From Rhodobacter sp. (GTDB lineage: Bacteria; Pseudomonadota; Alphaproteobacteria; Rhodobacterales; Rhodobacteraceae): a stretch of 64,000 nucleotides of DNA. The notes below the pieces were generated by a model. It worked only from the letters and a program-made list of their open reading frames with translations. It did not search any database and was not told the origin of the DNA. The position numbers were made by a program, and so were the translations under genes. The stretch covers positions 18-64,017 of the forward strand of contig JANPJZ010000228.1 of assembly GCA_031425795.1 (NCBI GenBank). Direction: 5' to 3'. Positions within the stretch are counted from its first letter, which is position 1. Every line of letters starts with the position of its first letter. Below, one piece after another: positions 53,985-64,000 of this stretch.

Positions 53985-56126
53985 TTACGCCCGGCTGAAC
54001 GGCGTTGTGGCTCCGCGCCGGGCGGCCATCGCGGGGTCCACTGGCGTCGGCGTCAGGTCCACCTTGGGCAGCGGCGGCCGGGTGGGCACCACCGCGGGCT
54101 TGATGTTGCACAGGTCGCTGATGTCTGGGCTGGTCAGCTTCTGCAGCGCCAGGATGAGCCGGAGCAGGGCCGCGATGCGGGAGTTGACGCCGGCCTTGGT
54201 CGCAGCCCGGGGCAGGCGGTCGAGCTGCCCGATGGTGAGCGCTTTGGCTTTGTCGCGGCTCTTCTGGGCGCTGAAGTAGTCCAGGGCCTTGCTGGCGATG
54301 TCGGACAGGGTGGGGTTGGAACACTGCAGCAGGAAGCACTGCAGGGCCTCGACGATGACGTCCAGGAAGTTGGTTTTCTCCCCCGAGAGGACACTGAGCG
54401 ACTGCAGCTGCCGGGCCAGCTGGGTGCTGGTGGCGGCCAGGGCTGCCAGCTGACGGACAGCCTGGATGACGGCAGCGACGTCAGTGGCCGCGGACAGGAA
54501 TGCCGCGTTACCGAGTGTCAGCCGGTCCATGAGGCAGTTGAGGTAGGCCTCCCGGGCGTCGAGAGCGGACTTGAGGGCGGCGCCGCTGGCCTGGACGTCC
54601 CGGTTGTGGGAAGTGCGGCCGCGCAGCCGCTCCTCCGCAGCAGTCAGGTAGCGCTTCAGCTGCTCGCCGACGACCTTGGCCCCCTCGATGTCGCCGCAGT
54701 CTTCGGCAGCGAAGCGGGAGACGAAGGACTTGATCTGCAGCATGATCTTGCTGTTCAGCTTGATCAGGCGGTTGAGGGCCCCTTGGAGGCGCTCCGTCCG
54801 CTTCATCAGGTAGCACAGCACGGTCAGCGTGGCGTAGGCACCTGTCTGCACGCCGACGTAGGAGGAAATGTCCTGGCCGCCCTCCCGGGGCTGCAGGGCC
54901 GGGTCGCCGGCCCCGGCCGGTGTTGGCGGTGCCGGAACACCCAGGGCCGCCCAGTCCACGCCCAGACTGCCCGCGCCCTCTTGGGTGAGCGTGAAGCCGG
55001 CGCCGGAGGCCTCGAGCTGGCGGCGGACCTCGTTGATCTGCCGGTGGAGGATCTGCACCACCTGAGCGAGCATGTCGGCGACGTGCAGGCTGGTCAGCGA
55101 CTCGATGGTGTTCATCAGGTCGATGAGGTTGGCGTGAAAGGCCTTGATGGGCGGATCCGCGCGCTGGAGGGCATTGCCCCAGAACAGCAGCTGCATGGTG
55201 GCGATGCGAAACTGTGGGTCCGGCATGAACTGGAACTTGGCCAGGGCGTTCGCCTGCATGTCGGACAGGCCGTACATGTTCTTGATGTGCCGGGCGAACA
55301 CTTTGCTCATCTTGCCGTTGCCGATGGCGTCCTTCGCCGCGCACACTTTCTCGGTGGCCTGGCCGAATTCTGGCTTGTTCCAGATGCGGTTGCCGCGCAA
55401 CTGGTCGTGCACGTTCTTGAGGTGCCCGGCGGCCTGGCACAGAAGGTCGGACGCTTCAGCGTTCGGCAGGTTCGGCTGCATTGACGGCGGCAGCTTCGAG
55501 GTCTCCCGTAGCGACTTCTTCAGCGCGCTCTTCATCTTGCGGATATAGACGAGCTCGTTGGTGACCGCCGGGATGGTTGACTGGATGCCGTAGACCAGCA
55601 GGCCCAGCAGGCCCAGGCCGGCCTCGTCCTTGGACGTCAGCTCCATGCGCAGGATGTACGCCAAACGGTCGGAGATCTGGGGGCCGATGCCGTCGGATCC
55701 CCCGTACGCGTCGGCGATCTGGTTGCCGGTGAACTCGATGACGTTCACCTGGCCTGCGAACATGGACAGCATGTTACCAGAGAAGGCGTCGAACATGGAC
55801 TTGGCCAGGGTGCTGGCCATGTCGGCAAAGCCCTCGTCGGCGCTGAAGTCGGTGCCGGCGGGGACCAGGAGATCATGCAGGGCGGAGGAGGCCTCAACGA
55901 AGGGGCTGGTCAGGGCCTCCACCGCGTAGGTGGCGGTGCCGGAGTCGGCCAGGCCGTCGGTGGTGACGGCCGAGCCGCCGGTGCCAAGGGCCGTGGCCAG
56001 CTTGAGGATGCAGGAATCGAGGTTGAGGGAGCCATCGTCGTTGACGAAGTATTCCCCAGCACCGCTGAGGGCGGCCATCAACGCGGAGGCCTCCTCCATG
56101 TTGTCGAACAGGGTCGCTTTCGACAT
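53985..56126 (-). CDS. Large helical hypothetical protein
   Basis: 713-aa ORF, 1 nt after the sigma stop. Confidence 0.75.
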   Translation of the reverse strand: MSKATLFDNMEEASALMAALSGAGEYFVNDDGSLNLDSCILKLATALGTGGSAVTTDGLADSGTATYAVEALTSPFVEASSALHDLLVPAGTDFSADEGFADMASTLAKSMFDAFSGNMLSMFAGQVNVIEFTGNQIADAYGGSDGIGPQISDRLAYILRMELTSKDEAGLGLLGLLVYGIQSTIPAVTNELVYIRKMKSALKKSLRETSKLPPSMQPNLPNAEASDLLCQAAGHLKNVHDQLRGNRIWNKPEFGQATEKVCAAKDAIGNGKMSKVFARHIKNMYGLSDMQANALAKFQFMPDPQFRIATMQLLFWGNALQRADPPIKAFHANLIDLMNTIESLTSLHVADMLAQVVQILHRQINEVRRQLEASGAGFTLTQEGAGSLGVDWAALGVPAPPTPAGAGDPALQPREGGQDISSYVGVQTGAYATLTVLCYLMKRTERLQGALNRLIKLNSKIMLQIKSFVSRFAAEDCGDIEGAKVVGEQLKRYLTAAEERLRGRTSHNRDVQASGAALKSALDAREAYLNCLMDRLTLGNAAFLSAATDVAAVIQAVRQLAALAATSTQLARQLQSLSVLSGEKTNFLDVIVEALQCFLLQCSNPTLSDIASKALDYFSAQKSRDKAKALTIGQLDRLPRAATKAGVNSRIAALLRLILALQKLTSPDISDLCNIKPAVVPTRPPLPKVDLTPTPVDPAMAARRGATTPFSRA

Positions 56127-56127
56127 C

Positions 56128-56832
56128 TCAGGTGGGCCTCAAATAGGGGTTCAGCTTCTTGCCGATGCTCTCCTTCACCGCACTAATGCGGGCGGGAGAA
56201 ACGCCCAGCTTGGCTGCCATGGCACTCGGCTTCAGCTTCGGCTGGCCGTGGGCCCCGAAGGTGTAGTCGAACACCGTCTTCTCTTGTGGCGACAGGCTAT
56301 AGTAGGCCATGATCGCCCGCTCGTAGTCGGGGTCGTGCTCGATGTCGGTGATGTCGTCCGAGTCTTCGCCGGAGATCACCAGGTCCTTCCGCAGCATCTT
56401 CCGCAGGGACACGACGTGCGTCACGGCGACGCCCATGTGGTCGGCGATCTCGTGGGTCGTGGGCTCGCGGCCGAACCGGATGGCCAGGTCGCCGACGGCA
56501 GCGTTGAAGGGCCCGATGCGCTGGATCTGGTGCTCGGGGATCCGGGCGACGTTCTGGTGCTGGCCCACGTAGCGGTGCAGGTCGTTGCGGACCTTGGTGC
56601 CGACGTAGGACGCCAGGCTCATGCCCTTCGCGCCGTCCCAGGACCGGATGGCGTCCACCGCGCTGGCCTTGGCCTCGAGCTCCAAGATCTGAAACGGGAG
56701 CGGGGCCGCCCGGTAGGTGTTGACGGCGGAGCCGACGACGCCCTTGAGGCCATCCAGCAAGTCGCTGAGGGCCTTGTCCTTCTGGGAGAACGTCGCGCCT
56801 TTCCAGGCAGCATAGAGCTCTGCGTCAGTCAT
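56128..56832 (-). CDS. Sigma-70-family sigma factor (FliA/SigB-like, regions 2-4)
   Basis: AIRSWDGAKGMSLASYV; RIPEH; GREPT.HEIADHMG; LSPQEK.V..FG..A.KLGVSPARIS. Confidence 0.9.
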   Translation of the reverse strand: MTDAELYAAWKGATFSQKDKALSDLLDGLKGVVGSAVNTYRAAPLPFQILELEAKASAVDAIRSWDGAKGMSLASYVGTKVRNDLHRYVGQHQNVARIPEHQIQRIGPFNAAVGDLAIRFGREPTTHEIADHMGVAVTHVVSLRKMLRKDLVISGEDSDDITDIEHDPDYERAIMAYYSLSPQEKTVFDYTFGAHGQPKLKPSAMAAKLGVSPARISAVKESIGKKLNPYLRPT

Positions 56833-58904
56833 CGGGACCCGTCCGTAATTTGCCGTGCGATGGCATCCGCAATCGTGAGGGCGATTTCGGCCCGCACCAT
56901 CGACAACTCGCCGGTCTCGTAGATGCCGTAGGTGGTCGGGCCCTCCTTGTCGGCGAACGTCAGCTGGCGGGGTGTGAGGAACGGGCCGCTGGTCAGGACG
57001 TTGGTGTCGCCCGGGCCGTTGAAGATGGTCTCCGGCGGGTCGATGGACCCGTCGAGGACGCTGGCGTCGAAATCAGGCACGTCCTGGCCAAGGTCATGGG
57101 CATTGAGGTACTGGGCCAAGGAGGTGCCGGCCCGGTACTGGTATTCGTACTGGGAGGCCTTCGGGTCTGCCATGGTGCGCAGGCGGTCGGCTTCGGTATC
57201 GTCGGAGACGAGGCCGGCAGACGCGAAATCGGCGGAATACTGGGGCGTGGCCACCACCTCGCCGACAGCCTGGTCGATGTCGACCTGGGCCTCGATGTCC
57301 TCGATCCCCAGGAGGGCGGCCAGGATCTGGCTGGCGGCGTCAGGCTTTGCCAGGCCCTCCAGTCGCGCCGTCGTCACCGAGGCCGGGCAGCCGAGCATCT
57401 GCTCGAAGGTCGACCCGATGAGCCGGGGCGCGTAGGCCGAATTCATGTGCAGCGACAGCGGTGCCGTGCGGGTGGTGCCGACAACCTGGTACGCCTCCCG
57501 GACCTGGGAGAGCGACACGGTGGTGAGCGGGGCACCGCCGCTGGGGAGCAGGTGCGTGACGCTGTCGACGAAGCCCAAGAGCGGGGTATCCCCGTCCTCG
57601 ACCAGCGTGGTGAAGCCAGGGGCCAGGTAGGGGAGGAACTGCGCGGTGACGTTGGCGCGCAGCTGCTGGCCCCGGGCCACCTGCCAGGCGGCCTGCGTCG
57701 CCAGGGCGGCGTATCCGGCGAGCTGCTTGGAGGAGGCCTCCGCGCTGGCCGCGGCGATCGACGCGTCCTTTTGTTTGCCAGCCGGGAACAACCGCTCCAT
57801 GGTGAGCTGGTGGTACTGAAGCTGGACGCCCAGGTAGAGCTCCTCGTTTGACAGGATTCCATGCGACATGGCATGAGAGCCGCGCATGTTTTTGGTCAGG
57901 TCTGCGGGTGGAGAGGCCACGCCATTGGCCATGTAGAGGATCGGAATGGCCGTGTCGGACATCGAGCTCTGCGAGGTGAGATCACCCACCACGCGGGTCG
58001 GCAGCGAACCAAAATCCACCGAGTCGTTGACGGAGGTCAGCTGGTCCCGGAAAATCACATTGCAAGCCGGCGGCACGGTGTCGTACAGCAGCGGCAGGAA
58101 GAGCAGCTCTGGGAGTCGCGGAGTCGTCGACCAGGTGGTGCCATTGCGCACCGGCTTGGTGCTGAAGGTTGGCGGGGCCACCAGGGGCACATGCACGTAG
58201 TTGGCGATGGCCTCGATGCGGGACACGATGGTCGACAGCGCGGTGTTGGCCCCGAAAGCGTAGGTGGCCAGCCCGTTCTTCATGACGTCGTCGAGGCGGT
58301 CGAAGTCGATGAGCCGACGGATCTCGGCGTCGGGCATCGCGAACATCTTGGTCGCCAGGCGCCGGGCCTCGAAGTAGAAGGCCTCGACGTTGGCCTGGCC
58401 CGCCAGCTTCTGCAGCATGGACGGCATGAAGGAGGAGAACAGGCCAGCCGGGTTGGCCTGGTACGCCTCGGACAGCAGGGCGCCGACGGAATGCAGCTGG
58501 GTGGGGCCGCTGGCAGAGGTGCCGACATCGGTGCCACCGGCCCAGGCCCGCACTGCGGTGGCAGCCAGCTCGTCCCGGGCGCCGGCGACGGTGGTGTAGG
58601 TGGCGCTGTCGGTGAAGCCAAACAACCCGCGGCATGACAGCACCCGGGTCCGGTTACCATTGGAGTCTTTGCCGCGGCTGCGGCCGATGTACTCGCCCTC
58701 GCACAGCAGCCGCCAGGTGTTGGTCACCGGGTCGACGAAGAACACCACCACGTGTGACCGGGGCGGCAGCAACTGCCACTCGGCCACCGGCACCACATCC
58801 AGGGAGAACGACAGGTAGCTGTTAACCGCCACCGTGACGGACACGGAGCGAGGGAAGAAGCGAACCCCGTTGATGTAGGCGACGGTGCGGAGGTTGGTGG
58901 CCAT
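56829..58904 (-). CDS. Baseplate hub / tail-associated protein (gp27/gpD-like)
   Basis: YINGV..V.V..F.L..LPPRS.V.VF..EGEY; APP.CNVIF; PGF.LV. Confidence 0.6.
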   Translation of the reverse strand: MATNLRTVAYINGVRFFPRSVSVTVAVNSYLSFSLDVVPVAEWQLLPPRSHVVVFFVDPVTNTWRLLCEGEYIGRSRGKDSNGNRTRVLSCRGLFGFTDSATYTTVAGARDELAATAVRAWAGGTDVGTSASGPTQLHSVGALLSEAYQANPAGLFSSFMPSMLQKLAGQANVEAFYFEARRLATKMFAMPDAEIRRLIDFDRLDDVMKNGLATYAFGANTALSTIVSRIEAIANYVHVPLVAPPTFSTKPVRNGTTWSTTPRLPELLFLPLLYDTVPPACNVIFRDQLTSVNDSVDFGSLPTRVVGDLTSQSSMSDTAIPILYMANGVASPPADLTKNMRGSHAMSHGILSNEELYLGVQLQYHQLTMERLFPAGKQKDASIAAASAEASSKQLAGYAALATQAAWQVARGQQLRANVTAQFLPYLAPGFTTLVEDGDTPLLGFVDSVTHLLPSGGAPLTTVSLSQVREAYQVVGTTRTAPLSLHMNSAYAPRLIGSTFEQMLGCPASVTTARLEGLAKPDAASQILAALLGIEDIEAQVDIDQAVGEVVATPQYSADFASAGLVSDDTEADRLRTMADPKASQYEYQYRAGTSLAQYLNAHDLGQDVPDFDASVLDGSIDPPETIFNGPGDTNVLTSGPFLTPRQLTFADKEGPTTYGIYETGELSMVRAEIALTIADAIARQITDGSR

Positions 58905-58905
58905 A

Positions 58906-60843
58906 TTAGAACAGCACGGTGACAGGGGCGTTTGGCGCGAGGTAGGGCGACGTCGGGATCAGCGAGAAGGTCAATGATCCGCCAGACGAAGGGGTCTCGG
59001 CATAGAAGAACAGGAGCACGCGCATTGAAAAGCCATTTTCGTCTGCCGTGGGGCGCAGTGGCCGCACGCGCGCAGATGTCGTGCCAATCTGGAGTGTCGC
59101 GGTCTTGTCCCCCGTCAAAGGCACGAAAACTCCGGGGTTCGCAACAGACCCCGAGTTGGAATCGTATGTCCCGTAGCTATCGACGATCTTCAAGTTGTAT
59201 GCTGCCAAGACATCGTCTGGCCGACCGGCGCCGGGAGCAAAGGCACCAGAGACCGTGACCTCCCACGTCGTGGTCCGGGTCCCGGCAGCGGCCACGCGGA
59301 GTGTTGGGATCGCTTGGTTTGGGGTGGTGGCGCCGGAGGCACTCAGCACCCGCAACGTGAAACTCGGCAGGTCAAACGTGCCGCTCGACGAATTGAAGGT
59401 GAATGCCTTCTCCGGGACCACGTTGTTCTGGAGGTCCGTGAGGGCGGCCGCCGGGAGCGTCAGCGTCAATGTGGCCGAGCGTGAGGAGGTCGCAGTGACC
59501 GTTGCAGTTGCCCCCTCAGAACCCGTCATCGTGGGCACGGAGGAGGTGTTCACCTCGCGTTTGAACTCGAGCCCCAGGGAGACCACGCCGTTCGGTGCCG
59601 CATTCAGGGGCACGGTCTGCAGGCGGGTCAGGTCAGGGAAGCTGATGGGTGGCGAGGAGCCCCGCACGGCGCCGCTGATGACGCCGGGGCTGGCTTTCGG
59701 CTGGGCGTTCTCGGCGGTGAAGGCGATCGATTCTTTCGTCGTGCCCGCCTGCACCTTGATGGTGGCCGAGCCACCAACGAACTTGGCGAGTTCTGACACC
59801 GTGATGCCGACCTGGACAGCCTGGTCTTTCTGGGCAACGGTGGAGTCCCGGCCGTCAGTGAATGTGAAGGTCGCCCCAGGCATAGAGCCCGTCAACTGGA
59901 GGGGCCCAGGCGCTGCCAGGGTGACGGTGGCCACCGGGTAGAAGCCCACGGCGGTGACCTTGGGCTGCGTGCCGGTGGCGGACACCGTGATCTTGTTGGT
60001 GCCGGTGGCGGCGACGATCTCGGCGTTGAGTACTGCCCGGGCCTTGGGCCGGGTGGTGCGCGGGGTGCCGGCGAAACGCTTCAAATACCGGGTGAGCTCG
60101 GTGGCCTGCCCCGGGTGGTTGCGGTCGCGGGCTACAAAGGTGAACGTGAAGGACGCGAAGCCTTCGGACCCCGAATCGCGGGTGGGCGTCATGGACAGCA
60201 CCCAGCCGTCGAAGACTTCGCCATCGACGGTGATGCGGGTGAAGCGGCCGGTCTCGGCCTGCTTGGTGATGCGCAGGTAGTCGTCGTAGAAACGTAGGAA
60301 GGCCGCGTAATGGGAGACGGTGGGCCGGGACGTGCCGCCACGAGAGCCGCCGGAGGTCCGGCCGCCAGTCAGCGTCGTCCGCAGCGAACCGCTGAAGGTG
60401 TACCGGCGCATGAAGCGACCCGAGGTGAACACGTGCGGGATGCCGAAGGTCTCGACGACTTCCGCTTTCTCGGCGTCGCCGCCAGTGACCGAGTTCAAGA
60501 TCCAATCTGAGAAGACTGGCGCGGTGGTCTGGGCCGTGGCGTCCGTGTCAGACAAAATCTGGATGACGGGGCGGTTGGAGTAATCGGTGGACCCCAGGGA
60601 CCCCGGCCGGGCCATATCGGGAACAGGGTGCCGGGTCGCGCCGAGCGGGTTGATGACGAAACCTGCCAGGGTGCCATTCTTGCGCCCCTTCTCAGCCGCC
60701 GTCTGCTGCCGGGCGCCGATGACCGCCCAGGGTTTCGCTACCGCGGTGACGAACTTGTCCCAGGCATTCGGGGCCGAAGGCTGAACCGGTGCCGTTGGCG
60801 TAGCATCCGGGGGCGTGGCGGGAGGAACGGACGCATCAAACAT
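58906..60843 (-). CDS. Tail tube initiator-like baseplate protein with beta-rich C-terminal extension
   Basis: WILNSV..EKAEVVETFG..F..Y.FSG.L pattern; follows the tape-measure cluster. Confidence 0.5.
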   Translation of the reverse strand: MFDASVPPATPPDATPTAPVQPSAPNAWDKFVTAVAKPWAVIGARQQTAAEKGRKNGTLAGFVINPLGATRHPVPDMARPGSLGSTDYSNRPVIQILSDTDATAQTTAPVFSDWILNSVTGGDAEKAEVVETFGIPHVFTSGRFMRRYTFSGSLRTTLTGGRTSGGSRGGTSRPTVSHYAAFLRFYDDYLRITKQAETGRFTRITVDGEVFDGWVLSMTPTRDSGSEGFASFTFTFVARDRNHPGQATELTRYLKRFAGTPRTTRPKARAVLNAEIVAATGTNKITVSATGTQPKVTAVGFYPVATVTLAAPGPLQLTGSMPGATFTFTDGRDSTVAQKDQAVQVGITVSELAKFVGGSATIKVQAGTTKESIAFTAENAQPKASPGVISGAVRGSSPPISFPDLTRLQTVPLNAAPNGVVSLGLEFKREVNTSSVPTMTGSEGATATVTATSSRSATLTLTLPAAALTDLQNNVVPEKAFTFNSSSGTFDLPSFTLRVLSASGATTPNQAIPTLRVAAAGTRTTTWEVTVSGAFAPGAGRPDDVLAAYNLKIVDSYGTYDSNSGSVANPGVFVPLTGDKTATLQIGTTSARVRPLRPTADENGFSMRVLLFFYAETPSSGGSLTFSLIPTSPYLAPNAPVTVLF

Positions 60844-61108
60844 TGTACACCCCGAGGTCCACGGTCTTGATGGTGGCCAGGGCATCGGCGGGCTGCGTGC
60901 GTGCTGTCAACGCCAGCCGAGCCGTGGCCTGGAAGTGGCCGGCCAGCGGGGCCAGCTTGTCCCGGGCGGCCTGGCCGGCCAAACGCTGGGCATCTTCCCG
61001 GAAGATGGGCCGGCCAACCGGATCCGTCTCGATGTGCCCGTTGTCGTAGACGTAGCGGGTGTACGTCCCGACGTAATCGGTCTCAATCGTCTTGGAGATC
61101 AGGCTCAT
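60836..61108 (-). CDS. Small hypothetical protein
   Basis: Coupled ORF. Confidence 0.6.
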   Translation of the reverse strand: MSLISKTIETDYVGTYTRYVYDNGHIETDPVGRPIFREDAQRLAGQAARDKLAPLAGHFQATARLALTARTQPADALATIKTVDLGVYNV

Positions 61109-61758
61109 ACGTTGGCCAAGGTGAAGTAGGGATCGTTGCAGAACTGCGTCAGCCGTTCAGCGAACGGGGTGTTGGCAGGCAGTGTGGCTGCGGCGGCCAG
61201 GGTGCCAGCCTCAGGCAGAGCCCGGGGCGCGGTAACATCGATGCCCATCGCCCGGAGGTTGGCCGTCAGGTATGCGGGTCGGGCAGAGGGCCGCAGCATG
61301 GCGGCGAAGTCCTCGCGGCTCAGCTGGAGGGAAGCGGGCAGGTAGCTGTAGAGCTGCAGGGTTTCGTACCGCTCGTCGATGTCAGCCTGGGACAGGTCAG
61401 TCTGCGGGCTGGCACCCAGGTGGGTGGGAAAGTTCTGCTGAGCCCACAGGGCCTCTTCGTGCTGGTGCATCACGAGAGCCGCCCGGACGGCCGAGAGCGC
61501 GCCGCGCAGCTCGACGGGTGGCGCGAGGGTCTCGTCCTCTTCCTTGCCGTCGCGGACCAGGACCTGCTCGGTGGCACCCGGGAGGAGCATCAGCAGCCGA
61601 GGCCGGGGTGACTCTGCGGCGGTGCGGCGAGGCTCCGGGATTGCCAGGAGGGTCCGAGCCGGCGTGGTCGACGGCACGTTCGGGGTGTTGGACCCGAAGA
61701 GGCCACCGGGGGTACCGAATAGGCCGCCAACAGCGCCATACTGGTCGTTACTTGCCAT
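61105..61758 (-). CDS. Hypothetical protein
   Basis: GGAGG SD; ATGA coupling. Confidence 0.65.
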   Translation of the reverse strand: MASNDQYGAVGGLFGTPGGLFGSNTPNVPSTTPARTLLAIPEPRRTAAESPRPRLLMLLPGATEQVLVRDGKEEDETLAPPVELRGALSAVRAALVMHQHEEALWAQQNFPTHLGASPQTDLSQADIDERYETLQLYSYLPASLQLSREDFAAMLRPSARPAYLTANLRAMGIDVTAPRALPEAGTLAAAATLPANTPFAERLTQFCNDPYFTLANV

Positions 61759-61921
61759 CGGAGCCTCCAGGGGTCAGCGCGCTAACAGCGGCAGACAACG
61801 AATCAGTGAGCTTGTCGAATGTCGAACGCTCCGTCACTTTCACCTTCACGATGTGCGCGGTCACCTGGACGATCTTGTCGTCGAGGTCAACGGTCTTCCC
61901 GAGAATGGCGGCGCTGCTCAC
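61748..61921 (-). CDS. 57-aa ORF filling the gap after the tape measure gene
   Basis: GTG overlaps the TGA stop (GTGA); GGAGA SD; MSSAAILGKTVDLDDKIVQV..; below the ORF-track cut-off. Confidence 0.55.
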   Translation of the reverse strand: MSSAAILGKTVDLDDKIVQVTAHIVKVKVTERSTFDKLTDSLSAAVSALTPGGSDGK

Positions 61922-64000
61922 TTCGCTTCTCCGATGTTCAGACGTTTGATGAGTTCATCCAGGATCTGGGCTGTCCGCACCTGCGTGTTCACCGCCTTGC
62001 TGAGGATCCCGTCGGGGCTCTTCTCCATGGCGCCGAGACCCTGGAGGAAGGCAGCCTTGGCGGCGTTGGCATCCTGGCCCATGCCCTTGCCGACGGCCTT
62101 TTCGTACTGGTCGAGGGACATGCCGAACAGCTTGGCGTAGCCAGCGCGATCGGTCGCGGTGTCCACCTTGAGGAGGGCCTGGAGCTGCTCGATATTGCGG
62201 TCACCTGCGACAGCATTCTCCAGGACGCCGCCCGCGCCGAGGGCGTTGAACAGCTGGCGCTTGTCACCGGCCATGCCATGGAGCTTCTCCCGCGCCCCGC
62301 CGGTGAGCGAGCCGTCGAGGTAGTTATACAGGCCCGACAGGCTGTGATCGACAGCGCGAGAGGCCCCTGCAGCGGAGGCTTCCGAGTAGTGGGTCCCGTA
62401 TCCGCGACGTTCGTCTGCCGACAGCCCGCCCAGGTTCGCATCAAGCCGGGCCAGATCCTTCGTCGTCATGTTGGCGCTGTCGAGCAGGCCGCCCCGGGCC
62501 AGGAGCTTGGCTCCGGTGTCCCCCGAGGAGAATGCAGAGATGTAGGAGGCGAGCGCCCCCGCGCCTTCGGACGTTTGCACGTTGGCGGACGAACTGATCC
62601 CCGACAGCACGGCGCTCGTGGCGGCGTCGCTGGCGATGCCGCCGTAGTTCTTGAAGGCCCCGGTGACCGACAGGCCACTGCCGCCGGCCGCCAGGGCGGC
62701 TGCGACGGACGAGGCGGACATGCCGTACTGGGCGGCGATGGCGGACACTTCGCCGGCAGCCGACAGCGATTCGTTCCGTGACAGCTGGCGGCCAGAATAG
62801 CCGGTGGCCAGGTTCTGGAAACGGGTGTCGCTCGCCAGGCGCTGCAACGTCTCACGGCCGGCCTGAGAGGCCCCGGTGGCGGTGGTCTTCTGGATGGCGT
62901 TGAGGGTGTTGTACTGGTCGGCTGAGATCTGCGTCGCGGCACCGGAGGGGGCGAACCAGCCGCCGCCCAGGGCGCCGCCGTAGGCACCGAGCGTGCTGCC
63001 GGCCGCAAAGCCCAGGCCCCCGGCCACGAGCGACAGACCACCAGTGAACGGCGCAGCAGCGGCTGCCATTGCCAGGCCGCCGAGGCCCGCACCACCAAGC
63101 ACCCCACCAGCGATGGAGAACCAGGGGTTGGAAGCCGTATGGTAGGTCAGGTCGGCGCCGGCCTTGGCCGGTGCACGCGGATCCCGCAGTGCGGCAGCCA
63201 TGCCGTTCAGCGACAGCGAATCCACAGCGAGGCCCATGCCCAGGGCATTCCGCTGGTTCTTGGCCGCGCTGTCGAACCCCAGGAAGCCCGTCTGGCCCGG
63301 GTCGAGGGAGGCTTCGATGCCTGCTAGGACGCCGGTGTATCCGCCGCGCAGGTCTGCAAGCCCGCGATGCCAGGCACCGGCGGACGAGGCATTCATGTAG
63401 TAGGCGTCGTAATCGCTGGCCGCGTCCATGCTGGCGCCGGCCCCGGCAGCGCGAATGGACTGGGAAGCCGCGCTGAACTGGCCGGCAGCCGAGTACCGGC
63501 GGGCCGCCATGTTGGCGACCGCGGCATTCCCGGTCTTGTCCAGGTAGAATTTGCGGGCCACGGCCTGGCGACGCACCGCACCACCGCCGACCATACTGGC
63601 CTGCTGATCGATGTAGCGGTCCACCGCGGCCTGGCCGGCGTTGGGATCAAGCCCATCCAGGAGATCGCTGGACCCGAGCTGCAGCGCCAAGGTGGCATCG
63701 AGGTCGCCACCGATCGCGCCCAGGCCGGTGGTGAGGCCGCCGAGGTAGCTGGAGCCGCCGCCGATCATCGCCAGCATTGACGGGGTGCTGCCTAAGAAGC
63801 CTTGCTGGGCCTGGGTCACGGCGGCAGCGTAACCGTTCGCGCCGCCGGCCTGGGCCATCAGGTTCTGGGACACCAGCCCGGACCGGCTCATTGTGCGCGC
63901 GGCCGCCAGGTTGGAGCCGTAGAGGCCCGCAGAGGTGCCTGCCGAGATCCCGGCCCCGAGGCCGCCGGTGATCGCCTGCAGGGCGCCCGGGACCATGTCG
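61918..64000 (-). CDS. Tape measure protein, C-terminal part (5' end outside the window)
   Basis: Long Ala/Gly-rich helical ORF with Gly-zipper TM segments; frame open to the window edge. Confidence 0.75.
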   Translation of the reverse strand, partial: DMVPGALQAITGGLGAGISAGTSAGLYGSNLAAARTMSRSGLVSQNLMAQAGGANGYAAAVTQAQQGFLGSTPSMLAMIGGGSSYLGGLTTGLGAIGGDLDATLALQLGSSDLLDGLDPNAGQAAVDRYIDQQASMVGGGAVRRQAVARKFYLDKTGNAAVANMAARRYSAAGQFSAASQSIRAAGAGASMDAASDYDAYYMNASSAGAWHRGLADLRGGYTGVLAGIEASLDPGQTGFLGFDSAAKNQRNALGMGLAVDSLSLNGMAAALRDPRAPAKAGADLTYHTASNPWFSIAGGVLGGAGLGGLAMAAAAAPFTGGLSLVAGGLGFAAGSTLGAYGGALGGGWFAPSGAATQISADQYNTLNAIQKTTATGASQAGRETLQRLASDTRFQNLATGYSGRQLSRNESLSAAGEVSAIAAQYGMSASSVAAALAAGGSGLSVTGAFKNYGGIASDAATSAVLSGISSSANVQTSEGAGALASYISAFSSGDTGAKLLARGGLLDSANMTTKDLARLDANLGGLSADERRGYGTHYSEASAAGASRAVDHSLSGLYNYLDGSLTGGAREKLHGMAGDKRQLFNALGAGGVLENAVAGDRNIEQLQALLKVDTATDRAGYAKLFGMSLDQYEKAVGKGMGQDANAAKAAFLQGLGAMEKSPDGILSKAVNTQVRTAQILDELIKRLNIGEAK

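Noticed and set aside
50103-55484. Long + strand ORFs (50103-55484, 7648-9966, 23705-25675, 33234-35318 and similar)
   Set aside because: They are antisense shadows of GC3-biased - strand genes, with no motifs, SDs or operon logic.

Overview
This window is about 64 kb of a high-GC, large-genome tailed phage (contractile-tail myovirus). It resembles the 'mReC' Caudoviricetes that encode their own multisubunit RNA polymerase. (1) 1-5340: a low-GC repeat/palindrome stretch, then a + strand DNA-metabolism cluster (Cas4/PD-(D/E)XK nuclease, degenerate dUTPase-like protein). (2) 5400-36900: a - strand morphogenesis block with tail tube, sheath, neck/adaptor, SNF2-HAD fusion, glycine-zipper internal proteins, HNH, major capsid, scaffold, prohead protease, intein-containing terminase and baseplate spike. 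(3) 37000-46850: a + strand accessory island with small membrane peptides, 3 tRNAs, a 20-unit 36-nt dual-repeat guide array (43419-44221) and, 3 nt downstream, a nuclease-less Nop-domain protein. This is a TIGR-TasA-type RNA-guided system. (4) 46870-64000: a - strand fused beta-beta' RNA polymerase, a sigma-70-family factor, baseplate hub and the tape-measure C-terminus. The strongest signals read directly from the sequence are the TIGR-like array with its atypical hairpin-bearing last unit, a genome-wide TTG(C/A)NN-N15-YANNNT promoter class that often drives leaderless genes, and a pervasive K-x-A motif plus a shared 'FFATE..KRA' leader in head-packaged proteins, probably a protease-processing/capsid-targeting code. 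Protein function calls come from motif recognition by eye; no database search was run.
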